DNA of 64,000 nucleotides. It comes from Ascidiella aspersa (taxonomy: Eukaryota). The stretch's first letter is position 1. Each line of letters opens with the position of its first letter. The notes below the pieces were generated by a model, which had not been told where the DNA came from, ran no database searches, and saw nothing but the letters and a program-made list of their open reading frames with translations. Both the position numbers and the translations under genes were made by a program. The stretch spans positions 25,172,001-25,236,000 of the forward strand of contig OZ004610.1 of NCBI GenBank assembly GCA_963924565.1. The letters run 5' to 3'. Of the stretch, positions 24,037-37,200 are shown piece by piece.

Positions 24037-25467
24037 TTCCGACAGATTAAGTTCGCTGTATCCAGCCAATTAGTGAACGCAAATGAAATTTTCCGAGATT
24101 TTATTTAAGAAGATACTCTAGCCTTGTTTAAATGATAAATTTCTATACGTTTGCAGTTACGCGGCAGTTTACGAGATTCTTCAAAGAGAAGTGCTACCGT
24201 GTCAAGTCCCTCAACACAGATGTGAATGTTTAGTTTTCGATTTCACTCGAATAGCTCGAACTTTCCCTTCTCACCTGCGTTTGGTCCTGCAATTATTCTT
24301 ACCTGTTGGTTATTGGATCGGGCAACAATTCGACTTTAAGTGAAGGTGTGCGATCTTGCTGAGCATTCTAAATCAACACTTTTAAACTTTCTTCTGCCCA
24401 ACGAGATGCGCAACAAGTACTGTTACTTTTGGGCCCATGCTATTTTAGTTACGTAATTATTTAGAATGGTTCATGGATCTTTAACGTAAAAACTTTGCGC
24501 TTAAATAAATTGTAAAACAGTTTTCGATTTATCGCTATAATTTCTCATTTTTTTACGGATTTGCAATATTTTATGTCCCGTGGTCAATCGCGGTTCTTCG
24601 GATTTGTATACTTTTCTACTTTAAAATATATTTTTTAAATACAATTGTAGATTCTGCTCTGAATGAATTGCGCAGTGGAAGTATTTAGCATAACATTTTT
24701 GCACATATTCCAAAATCTGCTACTAATTCCAACAAGCTTAATTTTCAGTACATTTTAAACTTTTAACCGCGATAGGTTGTGAAACATACGTGATGCTAAA
24801 CTAAACATAATATTTGAAAAAAATAATTGAATGATTAAAAACACACAGCAGAGCTCACTTTTAGTAGTGTTAGACCTGGTTCTCGGCTTATTGATCTTGC
24901 CATGGTCTTAAAAAATATAAAAATGATGTTGTCGCCACAATTTTCACGAAAACAAGTTGCTTTAATAAATTATACTCTGTAAAGTTATTGCGATTTCCGT
25001 GATTGGTGAAACAATAAAATTAAGACGAGGTTTATTCGTTATATACGCAAGCAATAACTTACAGCTCAGTCTGGTTTGTTTTGTTTTAAAACTAATTGAT
25101 GCTTAATATCCATTTAAATGACTACCTTGATATTACAAGTTTCTAACGGAGAGCTAACCGCAAACTTAGTCTAATATCTTAGTTTAAAGTTCGATTTATT
25201 ATGTCAAAGAGAGATTGTAACTGTACGGTAGGACTGCAATAATATTTCATTTGCAGAAAGAGGGGCTTTACCTTAAACCCCGTTTAGCCGATCTGTTGGG
25301 ATTTTTATCAATTAAGCACGAACCAAAAGCGAGAAGGTTTTGTTTGGGTTTTATGACAACAAAATAGAACAAACGACGACAAAACACATGCTATACATTA
25401 ATACGCCAAATAATAGAAAAACAGAACATAACATAAGCAAGGAATGAAAAGGGGCAAATGGCGCTTA

Positions 25468-25757
25468 GAAAGGTCCCAACACTCCCGCTCGCAGTACTAT
25501 GGAGAAAATTAAATCCGGAGCAAAACGTTTCTTTGAAAAGCGATCCCGAGGGACTTATTTTCATAAGGCCCTTTAAACGAATGGACTCCTTTGACTTCCA
25601 GGTAGTTTAGGAATAAATACCAGTCGTGACAGTAACTATGCAATGAAATTAAGCAAACTTTTAAACGGAATCACTTATTTTCAAAATCGTCGTAAAGCCC
25701 GTGCTCGGGAATTTCTCCAGTTCCTTCGCCTGCACAATCGTCTTCATCGTCACCGCA
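25468..25757 (-). pseudogene. Decayed duplicate of the glypican last two exons, interrupted by the EnSpm element (remainder 40190-~40235)
   Basis: Matches 50130-50215 and 50565-50766 with substitutions and deletions (e.g. TTCTCCAGTTCCTTCGCC...CACAATCGTCTTCATCGTCACCGCA). Confidence 0.85.
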
Positions 25758-27404
25758 CACTGTAAACTGAAAAGGTGGATTTTAAAGGGGTGGAAATATT
25801 CCACCCCCGCCAGGGGGGTGGAATGACTTGTTTTCGTCCCTAAAAGGCAATTAATTTCGATTTATACCCCAGCTTTAGATGTATGAAAGGTGGGATTTTA
25901 TTTTTACACCCCAACGCTAGGTTAGAAATTATTTTAAACCTTAAAAGGTGATTTTAAAGGGGTGGTGTTTTCCAAAAATACCCCTGTCACTGATTTAGCG
26001 TTGGGTTAGATTTGGTTTTCCACCCACCTAGTAGTTACATCTTTAGTTTAGAAATTTAACACCTGTGTTATTGGGTTATATTATGTTAACCACCCAGCTC
26101 GATAATTACTTGTTTTTTTTTTACAGTTGACTTTACTGAAAATAGATAAGAGTGAGACAACTATATCCTTATTGTTGTGTTGAAAAGTACGGCATTCCAA
26201 GACTGAAACGAATATGTTGTCTTCGAGAATTGCATATAAGTTTAAAAAAATGACAAACCAAATTCGTGATAAACTATGAATGACTCCACATAGCTTGTAC
26301 AGTTCTTAGAATACAACGTAATTTGCGGTAATAAGAATGTTAGGCTGTTCACCAGGTGATTAAAATGAACCAATCAGAGGAAACGTATCGGCAGTTAGTT
26401 ATCCGCAAGAATAAATTGTAAATATTCATCCGCATAAATATTTTAGGGAAAAGATTCATTAAATATATTAATACATAATTGTATATCTATTAAATGTATT
26501 TATTGTTTTTAATTCAATACAGCCAAACTCAGTGTTAGTTTCAGTTATAATTTATTTTTGTATTGACGATTCGACCACATAAAAATTTATCATGTGGTCT
26601 GCGCATAGGACTTCTGCGCATAGGACTTCTGCGCAAATGACTTTTGCCCAGTAAGATTAGAGCGACTTTGTCACATGTTATTGTTAAGCAGGATGGTTAT
26701 AGAATGACTGTTTTTGCGCTGAATGATGGACCATGACAACAGTAAGTTTATCAGTATATACCTTAGGAAGTATTTTGTCTAGAGTTCGTGTTGTATATAT
26801 ATATTTTGTTTGCTATTATTATTAGCTTTTTTTGTAAGTTATTGATGTTAGCGGCGACGACGGCCGGGAAAAATGGCGTTCAAGTTGGCTTATGGTTACC
26901 CAACATACAATAATTAAAAACTGGTTGCCACAAAATCTTTGAGATGTGTTCGAAAAACCTTATTTTTGATGCTGGTCTAGAATCCCAATACAACGAACAT
27001 TATTTTGGTTAGGGTTTCTGTTTGGGTGAGGTCAAATATTAATATTTAATAGTATTGCTTAACCTACCCAAGCCCAAATCTTCGAAATTAGTTGTTCAGC
27101 TTAACTTGTGTGTTTATTAATTGCCATTAAAAAACAATTTTTGGCGCTGGTCTTTGAATCATACCACAAATCACATTATTTTGGAAAATGGAGTTAATTA
27201 GTATGCGGGTTATTTGGGTTTAGGTTAAGTATTATTATTATATTTGTTCTTACATATTTCTGCCTTCCTTGCAGTTTCAACTTTGACATGTCGTTTTGTT
27301 AGTATTAACATAAATGTGCCAGGTTCTAGACCAGCGCCATGAATTTTTTTGAAAAGTCTCAAAATTGTTCATAAAACTGTTGCAACCCTGTGAAAGCTAT
27401 AGAG

Positions 27405-28205
27405 CGGTCATGTTCAAATGGCGGATCGCGCTCCGGTTCCGGATCTTTTCAGTGTTTTGTGCGGATCTTCTAATGTACTCCTAAAAAAATAAACTTTCTA
27501 CAGTGTTTTCATGTGACTACCAATTGTCAGTGTTAATGAATTTTAAAAAAAATCAAGCATAGAACGAAACTCCCAAATGCTAATCTTTGTGAGCGTTTAA
27601 AGATATCAGTCAGCCACAGAAAGCCCCAATTCGATGTTATTGTAAGACCTAAATTCAAAACAGGGGTTGGCAACATACGACCCGTGGGCCGGATGCGCCC
27701 GCCAATGTGATTAATTCGGCCCGCTGCCTCTTTGACAAACTAGATACGAGTCCATTTCAAATACTTTTTGACTATTTTAACTTGTAAGTGCGGAAAATTT
27801 TCCCGCTTCGCGCGAATCATCTTTCTGCGTCCGCCCTGTTTACGTTTTGATGCGGTCTTTTGAACTAGATCAGCGCTTCATTGCCGTTAATGGAAAGCGC
27901 ATTAAAAAATGTTGGACATATATTTTTTCACATTTTGTATTTTCGGTAATGTAATAAAAACTTTCAAGAAATTTAAAAGAAATGCTGGTATACCTAAAAA
28001 AATCGCGCTCGCCACCTGTGCCCTGACTTACAAAGTTTAACAAACACTAAACAAGATTAATTATTAAACTTATCGCATTTACATAAATAAAGCACCATAA
28101 AAATTAAAGTGTGTCCGATATGTTTACTATTCGTATTTGGTGGATCATCATGTTGTCAGGTTTGGCTGTGGTGGATCATGGCAAAAATCATTTTGAACAT
28201 CCCTG
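27405..28205. mobile_element. Degenerate hAT-like element nested in the EnSpm 5' region (second hAT end at 27661)
   Basis: Ends CGGTCATGTTCAAA / TTTGAACATCCCTG; TSD-like CTATAGAG / CTACAGAC. Confidence 0.55.
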
Positions 28206-28793
28206 CTACAGACATCCCCCTGCATTCTAAGCATAGGATATTTTGTCATTTTAATTTTTGGGTGCTGGTTTAAAGTCCCACCACTTTTTTGGTCACCAAA
28301 ATTTAAATTGCACACTTAAAATAAATTTAATTACACTCATCATACAAACCCTAACCCAAATGATATGTGCTAATTTAATAATTGTTTGAAATGTAGTAGG
28401 ATTCTAGACCAGTGCCAATATTTTTCGGGGTTAGATCTAATCCTTAAGTTAGCTGGAGCGCCAGCATTTGGGAATTGACATGACACATGACATAAAAATT
28501 GTCATATTAGTTTCTTCTAGGTTCTTGTCTGATGTAACACCTTATATAGTCTTTACTTTGTTTCTTTAATGTAGGGCCTTATTAAAACAACTATTTGCTG
28601 TACAAATCTTAAAAATGATTTATGTTCATTAAAGCGAGAATTTAGTGCTTTGACTAAAACAGTCTATTAGTAAATTAATTTCAAAGATATTTTACAAACT
28701 TTTTTTCTTTTAATTTGCCCTATGTATTTTTCTTAGTTTGAAGTGATTGTATAAATAAAAAAAAAAAGTGAAATTAGGGTTGCCTTTTTAAAA

Positions 28794-31166
28794 ATGACTA
28801 CAGAATTTATTTGTTCGTGTGTTAACTGCAATTCATTAAAGAACGATTTAAAGACCTTTCTTTATTACTTAAGGCATGAACACAATGATGATGACCTTTC
28901 TAATATTCAATGTCCAGTTGATAACTGTGGAAAGTCATGCTCATCATACCACTCCATAAGGATTCATTTTTACAGATATCACAGGGAACTTCTGGATGTA
29001 AGACATTTTGCACCACAAACTTCCAGTTTTGATAACACTCTTGCTGTTTCTGAAGAATTACCACTTCAAGAATCAAATAAATATAATGACCCTTTTCAAA
29101 AACAGTTTTTTCTGCACTACCTTAAGTGCCGCGAAAAATATGTTCTTCCAATATCTGTGTCAAAAAGCATTATGTCAGACACAATTTCCTTACTAGAACA
29201 GTACAATGAATATTTAATAAATAAAGAGCAACATTTGCCCAGAATTTATTTAACAGATAATACTCCAAAACTTATTTGGAACAAGATATGTAGTGAAAGT
29301 GTTTATACAAGGTTTTGTGAATCCATGGGAATGGTCAAGCCAAAACAAGTACAGTTAGATTCAACAAGTCATTTTCATTATGTTCCAATGTTAAACACAA
29401 TAAAAAATTATCTTTCACATTGTGATGTGGCTGACAGCATTGGAAGAACTCAGGAATGTCATGATAAACTTATCTCCAATTACATAAGTGGTACTGCATT
29501 CGTTGCAAATGAATTTTTTAAGGGTAGAAAGAACTTAATTCGAATACATCTTTACTGTGACGACTTAGAAGTGTGTAATCCTCTTGGTTCATCTCGAACC
29601 ATTCATAAACTGACATGTTTTTATTTTACTATTGGAAATGTTGAACAAAAATATTTGTCTGCATTGAGAAACATTCACTTACTACTTGTAACCTATTCTT
29701 CGCATGTTAAAAAGTTTGGATATGATGTTATTTTAAAACCATTTAGCTTAGATATGGAAATATTGGAAAGGGATGGTGTAACAGTAAGTGTAAAAGATGG
29801 TCGACAGTTACATTTGTATGGTGGAATTGCCACAATATCTGGCGATAACCTAGGTCTTCACGATATTGGTGGTTTCCGACGCTGTTTTTCCAGTGGAAGA
29901 ATTTGTCGCCACTGTATGTGTTCTTATCCTGATCTTTTGAATAAACCACATGAATGTATGTTTACTTTACGTGATGCAAATACTCACAAATGGCATGTAG
30001 AAAGCATTAAGAAAGATGCATCATTAGTTTGTGTGTATGGCGTTAGGTCGTCTCCCGTTTTTGGAACTCTGCTTTCGTTTGATGTAATTAACTGTCTTCC
30101 TCCTGATATTATGCATGATGTTTTGGAAGGGGTTATTCCAATAACAGTTGAGATTATAATTAACCAACTTCATAAACGCAATGTATTGTCAAGATCACAT
30201 CTGATAAAGCTTGTTAAAGGTTTTAAGTTTGGAAAAAATGATCAAAAAAATAGACCTGTTGCCTGGATTGCGGGTAATTCCACATCTCTAAATGCACATG
30301 AAGCTTGGTGTCTGTTCAGAGTATTGTCTTTTATCATTGGTGGAAAAGTTCCCCATGATTGTCAAGTCTGGGAGCTCTACAAACTATTATCTCTGATTTG
30401 CGAAATAATTTTTTCTCCGGAAATAGAATCCGAATGGATAAATTTGCTAGATGTTTATGTTCATGACTTTTATGCTCTTGTAATACAGTTGGAATCTTCT
30501 CAGATAAAACCAAAGTTTCACTATATGCTACACTACCCCAGGTTATTGGTAAGGTATGGTCCTTTGCGCCATTTATGGTCAATGAGATTTGAATCTTTTC
30601 ATCAACGCTTAAAAAAAGTTGTTAGGCAGTCCTGTAATTTTAAAAATATAACCCTTACAATTGCTCAACGAATACAAGGTCTAAAGTGTTGGGAACACAG
30701 AAATAAGTGCTGCTTACTTGAGGACTGCTTAATACCTGATCAAACATCTGAAACCTTCAAGGAATTTAATTTAAATACTTTACCCCTCTCTGTGATTCAA
30801 AAACTTGTAAACTTATTTGGTAATTTGAACAAATTATCATGTCATTGTGTTTCAAGTTTACTTTATAATTGTTACCTGTACAAAATTGGAGATACATTTG
30901 TTGTTGACATTGTGTGTGATATACCTGTTTTTTTTAAAGTGACTTCAATACTGCTAATTGAGGACGTACATTTTTTATTCTGTCAAATATTTGAAGTTCG
31001 ACATTTTGATGATCATTACCATGCATATTGTCTTTATGCTAGAAGTATGTTTTGGCATGTCATACGAGTTGGTAAAGAATTAAGTTCTGCAACTGATGTT
31101 TATGAAATTAATAATCTTATTTATGTTAAACTAAAATTCCTGCCTACTAAGTTAAAAAAGCCTTAA
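28794..31166 (+). CDS. EnSpm/CACTA-type DDE transposase, 790 aa, intronless, with N-terminal C2H2 zinc finger
   Basis: CPVDNCGKSCSSYHSIRIHFYRYH zinc finger; LYCDDLEVCNPLGS..HKL; SGDNLGLHDIGGF...CRHC; DIMHDVLEG; KPKFHYMLHYP...YGPLRHLWSMRFESFH, motifs typical of animal CMC-EnSpm transposases; lies between CACTG TIRs. Confidence 0.92.
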   Translation: MTTEFICSCVNCNSLKNDLKTFLYYLRHEHNDDDLSNIQCPVDNCGKSCSSYHSIRIHFYRYHRELLDVRHFAPQTSSFDNTLAVSEELPLQESNKYNDPFQKQFFLHYLKCREKYVLPISVSKSIMSDTISLLEQYNEYLINKEQHLPRIYLTDNTPKLIWNKICSESVYTRFCESMGMVKPKQVQLDSTSHFHYVPMLNTIKNYLSHCDVADSIGRTQECHDKLISNYISGTAFVANEFFKGRKNLIRIHLYCDDLEVCNPLGSSRTIHKLTCFYFTIGNVEQKYLSALRNIHLLLVTYSSHVKKFGYDVILKPFSLDMEILERDGVTVSVKDGRQLHLYGGIATISGDNLGLHDIGGFRRCFSSGRICRHCMCSYPDLLNKPHECMFTLRDANTHKWHVESIKKDASLVCVYGVRSSPVFGTLLSFDVINCLPPDIMHDVLEGVIPITVEIIINQLHKRNVLSRSHLIKLVKGFKFGKNDQKNRPVAWIAGNSTSLNAHEAWCLFRVLSFIIGGKVPHDCQVWELYKLLSLICEIIFSPEIESEWINLLDVYVHDFYALVIQLESSQIKPKFHYMLHYPRLLVRYGPLRHLWSMRFESFHQRLKKVVRQSCNFKNITLTIAQRIQGLKCWEHRNKCCLLEDCLIPDQTSETFKEFNLNTLPLSVIQKLVNLFGNLNKLSCHCVSSLLYNCYLYKIGDTFVVDIVCDIPVFFKVTSILLIEDVHFLFCQIFEVRHFDDHYHAYCLYARSMFWHVIRVGKELSSATDVYEINNLIYVKLKFLPTKLKKP

Positions 31167-31227
31167 ATATATTTTTAAAGGATTGTAATTTATAGAATTT
31201 CTAATTGTAAACTATATAAGTGAAAAC

Positions 31228-34200
31228 ATGGCATGTTCCTATCATGTAACCTATGAAAATTCAAAAAAAATTTTAAATGTAAATTGTCCTGAAAAAATTT
31301 ATGATGAAGTAACTCTAGTGTTTGGAGTTACCAAGTTTGATCTCCAATCCTATGCACCAGAATTTGATGACTGGGTGGATTTCGATAAATGCATCACCAC
31401 TGGTAGACTAAAAGTTGTTTGTCAGGATAATTCAAATCACATACTGGCAAATATTAATTCGTCACCCAATTCATCAATGAATAGCAGCGCTACCACTGTT
31501 GAGTATGATGGCAGTGAAAGAGAAGAATCAATTAAATGCAGCACTTCTGATAGTTCTGATGATGAACACAAAATTAATTGTTTAAAACCAAAGGTTTGGC
31601 CAGTGGTGTATAACATCCCCACATTTCCCAAAACTCTATCTGCAGAGTTGTCAACAATTGAAAATGACAAACAGCTCTATGTTGGAGGAAAAATTAGAAG
31701 AAAAATAATTTCTATTATTTTTGATGACCTATGCAGCTATACCGAGTAAGTACAATGTATTTCCCTATATATTTTTATTTTTAGTGCGATATTTAGTTAT
31801 AGTCTGTGGATAAAAAGCAAGGTAATTTTTTAGTGGTAACTAATTAAGTTAAATAAAATTAGTATGAATAACACAATGGGCATTGTGTCTTTGCTAATTA
31901 AAACTGTACATCTTTACTTTAATGCAGTGGTTCCAAACCTGTTTTTAAGGTGACCCATTTTGAAAAAAAAATTAGTTTGGTATTATCTTGCGACTTAAGC
32001 AATTGTCATATTATCATACAAGATTGCATTGCAAACAAACTGCGCTACAAAGCACTTACTTTTTCCGAAAAGAATATGTTTATCAAATCACTGATGAGAT
32101 AGCTTTGCTTGCTTGATGTCAGCGATTTGTTGAAATCGAGGGATTATTTTGCTTAAGCATATAGACCCATGTCACTGTTAACTTCCAGCCGGTTTCCCTG
32201 ATTGGTTTTCATATTTTTGTGTTTATAAATTCCAGTTTTGTGATCTCTTCACGTTTTGAATTTTTTGTTGTTATTTTTTCGCCCAAGATACATAATGGCT
32301 GAAAAACATTCGACCCCAAAAAATAATCAGGCGACCCAACGTTGGGTCGCGACCCATGTGTTTGGAACCACTGCTTTAATGTATGAAAAACTCTATTTTA
32401 TGTTTCTTTACAAGAAAATATAAGCAGTGAGATTTTATCGCAAATATTGTGCATGTACATCACATGACCAAGCTGAAAGTTGCAAAAATCTATCATACTG
32501 TAGGGGTGGGGTCAGATTAATGAGTCTTCATTTATATAATTGCCAAGATGAATCGACCACACTCCTACAAGATTTGAGATGGCCTGTCTTCGTGAGGCCA
32601 TTCAAGTCCAATTCTTTCCTTTAGTTCAGATACATGAACAGTCAATTTTTGCTGTCTTCAGTCAAAGCTGTAAAAGCCTCTCTCTGCACAAGGCAGTACT
32701 GGGTGATACTGGTTGATACTGTTTTTTATTCGATTGTGCGACTATACTTATTGGCGAAAATATTTCTAAAATGCACAGGAAATATTGACGTAGATATTCT
32801 TACGATTTTCAATAATAAATCACGTGACAACAAGGCGTGGTCTAAACCTTTTTCTCTCGACTCTTATAGACGGAAATAATATTTTTGTCCCAATATGGCT
32901 TGAACAAAAGTAACAAGGCATTCGTTGCAAACTCTAGCAAGAGATATCGGCAATCGAATTTAAACAAAAACTTTCATGACGCAACATTAAGGCGATAAAA
33001 CAAAGAATTAATTTGATGTGCTGACGTGTTGCGACAAATACTCCCTTTGCAAAGGTTTTGCAGTCATTTCGAATATATAGGAATGACATTATTTTCCAAT
33101 TGTTTTCGTGTGTTGTGTTTCAGCTGTTGTGAAATGCTTATGGAGCATTGGACGCGAAATTGTCCGATCATTTAACGCATTTGCGCAATTGTTTTTGGTT
33201 CGATTCCTGATTCCTCGAGAAAATTTTCGTTTGTGCCTGAACTGGCAAGGAGGATTTTGATGTCAGCGTTCGCTGGTTGCTTGAAATGTGTTTCATCGAC
33301 ACGCCAGAGCAGTTTGCTGTGGCTTTTTGCTTTTCAGGAAATCTGTGCGGCTTGCAGGAGAAAATCCCTGCACGGTGCGTTGCAATTCTGACGCCACCAG
33401 GAAGCCGTTGTTTTTGCGCGTTGCATCTCGATCTATCGCTTTGTCCAACGCTTGTTGTGTTTGTTTTCTGAAATTTCAAAATATTTTTCCGGCAGATGTG
33501 TGTTCGAAATTATCTGTAGCAACACTCAGTATTCAAGTTATTTATATTTTGGTTATAGACACACATATTTTCTATACTTATATATATATATATAGGCGCG
33601 ACAGGTTACACTTAAAGTTTGAGACAATTAATTACTGGAATATATATTTACTCACGTTACACATCTTTTGCGATTCAATACAAAATTAAATTCTATTGAT
33701 TTTTTACATTGAGCAACATTTCCTTAAAAATTTGCATTTTTTTTAGTTTGCACAATTCGTTCAATGTAAGTTTTAAAATAACGACGCATCACAAGAAAAT
33801 ACGCTTTGAAGTTGCTGCTTATTCACTATTGCTTTCAACAAAAGGCAGGAAATGGGGTGTTCCTAAAGTTGTGATTTGAAAGCTAATGTTTCGCGTGTGG
33901 ATAAATCATTATGCTTGATACGAGATGTTTAAACTCGTGTGTAAACGCGGCTGCGTGATGAGAGAAAAACAGACAAAAACCCAAAACGTACCAAATGTTT
34001 AAAAGAATTCGGAAATTTAACACGAAATTATTTTGTGCACAACAAAATTAAGTCGTGATTCACAAGTTTAACGCGTTGATTTCAAACTATTGAGCTCCAA
34101 GCACAAAAATTAAGCTCTTTTAACATTTATCAAAAGATCGTGCGATCGACGTTTAAGCTTAGACTTCATAGATATAGACTATACATAATTTGCGAAATGC

Positions 34201-37200
34201 GATACATAATGGTTTAATAAAAAGTCGCATTAAAACAATTTACAGACCTTTCAGTCGATATTTTTACTCATTATATATATAATTTTGTTTTTTTGTTTTT
34301 AAATGTATAATAGATTTTTCACCTGATAAACTAGGCAGAATCAGTTATTGTGAAATCCATAATTCCGTTTCGTTTTCCATGATTCCAAACAGTGGTGATG
34401 TCTTTATCGGCAACGCTTGTTTGTATTTCGTGTTTCGAATTCCAAGCAAATGCTTTGCTGACGCTATGGAGCGTCTCTTCACGTATCTTTCGATGAGATT
34501 AATTTCTTCTAAAGCTGGCTTCTTGCAAGTTCCAAACATGACAGTTTTTAGGCGGCCGTTTGTAGGTGGTCCATACAGATTTAGGCACATATTTTTTCTT
34601 TGAGCTTCGTTTCTTCAGTCTTCTTGGGAAAGTAGTTTGCAGGTGGTTCGTTCCTCACTCGCGGGCATCAATTTTGAGGAGGTGTGGGTCCGGATTAATG
34701 AGTCTTCATTTATATAATTGCCAAGATGAATCGACCACACTCCTACAAGATTTGAGATGGCCTGTCTTCGTGAGGCCATTCAGGTCCAATTCTTTCCTTT
34801 AGTTCAGATACATGAACAGTCAATTTTTGCTGTCTTCAGTCAAAGCTGTAAAAGCCTCTCTCTGCACAAGGCAGTACTGGGTGATACTGGTTGATACTGT
34901 TTTTTATTCGATTGTGCGACTATACTTATTGGCGAAAATATTTCTAAAATGCACAGGAAATATTGACATAGATATTCTTACGATTTTCAATAATAAATCA
35001 CGTGACAACAAGGCGTGGTCTAAACCTTTTTCTCTCGACTCTTATAGACGGAAATAATATTTTTGTCCCAATATGGCTTGAACAAAAGTAACAAGGCATT
35101 CGTTGCAAACTCTAGCAAGAGATATCGGCAATCGAATTTAAACAAAAACTTTCATGACGCAACATTAAGGCGATAAAACAAAGAATTAATTTGATGTGCT
35201 GACGTGTTGCGACAATACCTTATTTTAGGCAATGTAGGGTATGTCATCAAGACTAAAGTTTTGACAAATGTATACCATTCTGTTTACGTAAGTTTGAGTT
35301 ATGATGGTTTTTATATTAGGGCCTAACTTTCCTTTTTATTCATTGACAAATACGATGTACTAAAAAAACAACCCTTTTTGCTTGTTTCTGCATTTGTTAA
35401 GTTTATATAACAGAAATTTATTCTTTAGATATCCTTCATCATATCAATATAGAGAAGTCTGCAGTGCTTTAGTTCGCAAGTATCCAGTGCTTAGAGACAG
35501 ATTTTCTAACACAGGCTGTTATTTTGTAAGTTAACGTTTTTATTTATCAGTTTACAGCTACTTAAAGGCAGCTAAAATAGCCTAATAAAGTAGCCTGTAC
35601 AGTGTAACTCAGGTGTCGGGAACCCCTGTCATGCATGCCAAAAGTGGCATGCGGGATGATTTTTTAGGGTACGCTAAAGGGCAAGAGTATTGTGTTCGTG
35701 ACAGTTCGTTTTTTTTTTCCAAGGTTAGGGTATCTTTACAAAATTTAACTTATGAAATTAGATTTAATGGCATCTCCCAAGTTCTGTAAATTAGATTTCA
35801 GTTAACAGCAAGGCTGCGGAGTTGGACATAAGACTAGGTAAAATTACCGGAGAATAGCATATGGTGAAATGTTTTCCATGACTCCTATAAGTTGAGTGCC
35901 GACATCTATTCTATTTTAGTAAGTAAATCTGGGAAAAAACAGGCTGTAGAGTCTTAGCTGTACTCGGGACTCGATGTAATTGCACATTTGGCCGGAGTCA
36001 GACTCGGGTTGTTTTTAACAGACTGCACAGCCCTGGTTGCCAGTGCAAAACCAAAAATAGAAAAATGTTTGGCATGCGAGTTGTTGATATTTTGAAATTA
36101 TTTATAAACTGACACACTACATACAAAAGGTTGCCGACCCCTGGTGTACATCATAATCTTAGTTTATTTATAATATTTTGTATGAATATAGGTTACTTGG
36201 ATTAAGATGTTGCGAACAAAATTCAAAGATTGGCGTCGAAATTCAATTAACAATAAATATAGAGAAGAAATGAAAAAAAAATTTGGTCACCAAAATAGAA
36301 AAAGGAGCAGCATACCAGATGAAGAAGCTGAAATAGTCAGCAAAAAACGAAATGTCAGCACCAGCAGAAATGTAAAGAAATTTTGTTTTTCTGCAGTTAA
36401 TGTTATTTATATTTTCATTATTATTACAAAGGTTGGCTAAAGTTAGCCGTCAGGAAATTGATATGTCAGACTGGAATACTTTTTTATTATCTTTACTATA
36501 GCTCAAAATTTTTGAAAGTTTGTATGTGTTGTTTTTGGGTGCAAACTAGTATATATAATATATATTTTTTGTTTATAGCAGGATATTGCTGATACAGAGG
36601 ACGAATTTGGGACCAAAATACATGTTGATTACCTCAAAAAAGAATTTTTAAAGAAAGAACCTTGTCAACAGTCCATTGAAGATAGATTGGAGCGAACGTA
36701 CAGTAGCAGACGAGCAGATGTTTTAAGTGGTGGTTCAGCAAAAGAAATTTTAGAAAGATATTCACCCTTGACTACTTCTAAATGGGTGTGTATGTTTATA
36801 ATGAGCAATTCTGTATTTAACTTGAGTTGTATTGTTGATTTTTTCCACAATATATCTATTTATGATGTAAATCTTTTAGGAATTGTCAATAGTAAAACAT
36901 GATTTTGAATTATCTATGGTTTAATTACTTATTTGTAACAGTTATTTTTTTATAAAGATTCTGTTTGAAATGGGCAAAATAGTTGGAATGAACATAGATC
37001 AACGACTGAGAGAGCCACTTTTGTCAAAAGCCAAACGAATGATTCGATGGTCTAGCATCTCTAATTCCTACATGGATATTTTAGGTAAGTATATAAAAAT
37101 TTTGCTAGAATCAGGTCCACAGGTTTCAGTACGACAAAATAGTAAGATAAGGGTCATAATGTTTATGTGTTTTTGTGAAATTTATTTGTAGAACTACAAT

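Larger units (their letters stand above)
20012..25757 (+). repeat. Segmental duplication copy A (continues at 40190-~40235 after the EnSpm insertion); paralogous to ~46706-50808
   Basis: Collinear similarity over the DHHC upstream region, exon 1, 3' region and glypican tail, e.g. 21222-21330 vs 47727-47835 and 23980-24420 vs 48070-48520. Confidence 0.9.

Noticed and set aside
34645-34670. tRNA-like GGTTCG...GGGCATCA as a tRNA gene or SINE
   Set aside because: Only the 3' ~25 nt are tRNA-like and they abut the LTR, so it is interpreted as a primer-binding site.
32427-35057. Duplicated plus-strand ORFs (65/78 aa and 81 aa)
   Set aside because: They are chance frames inside the two LTRs, antisense to the element.
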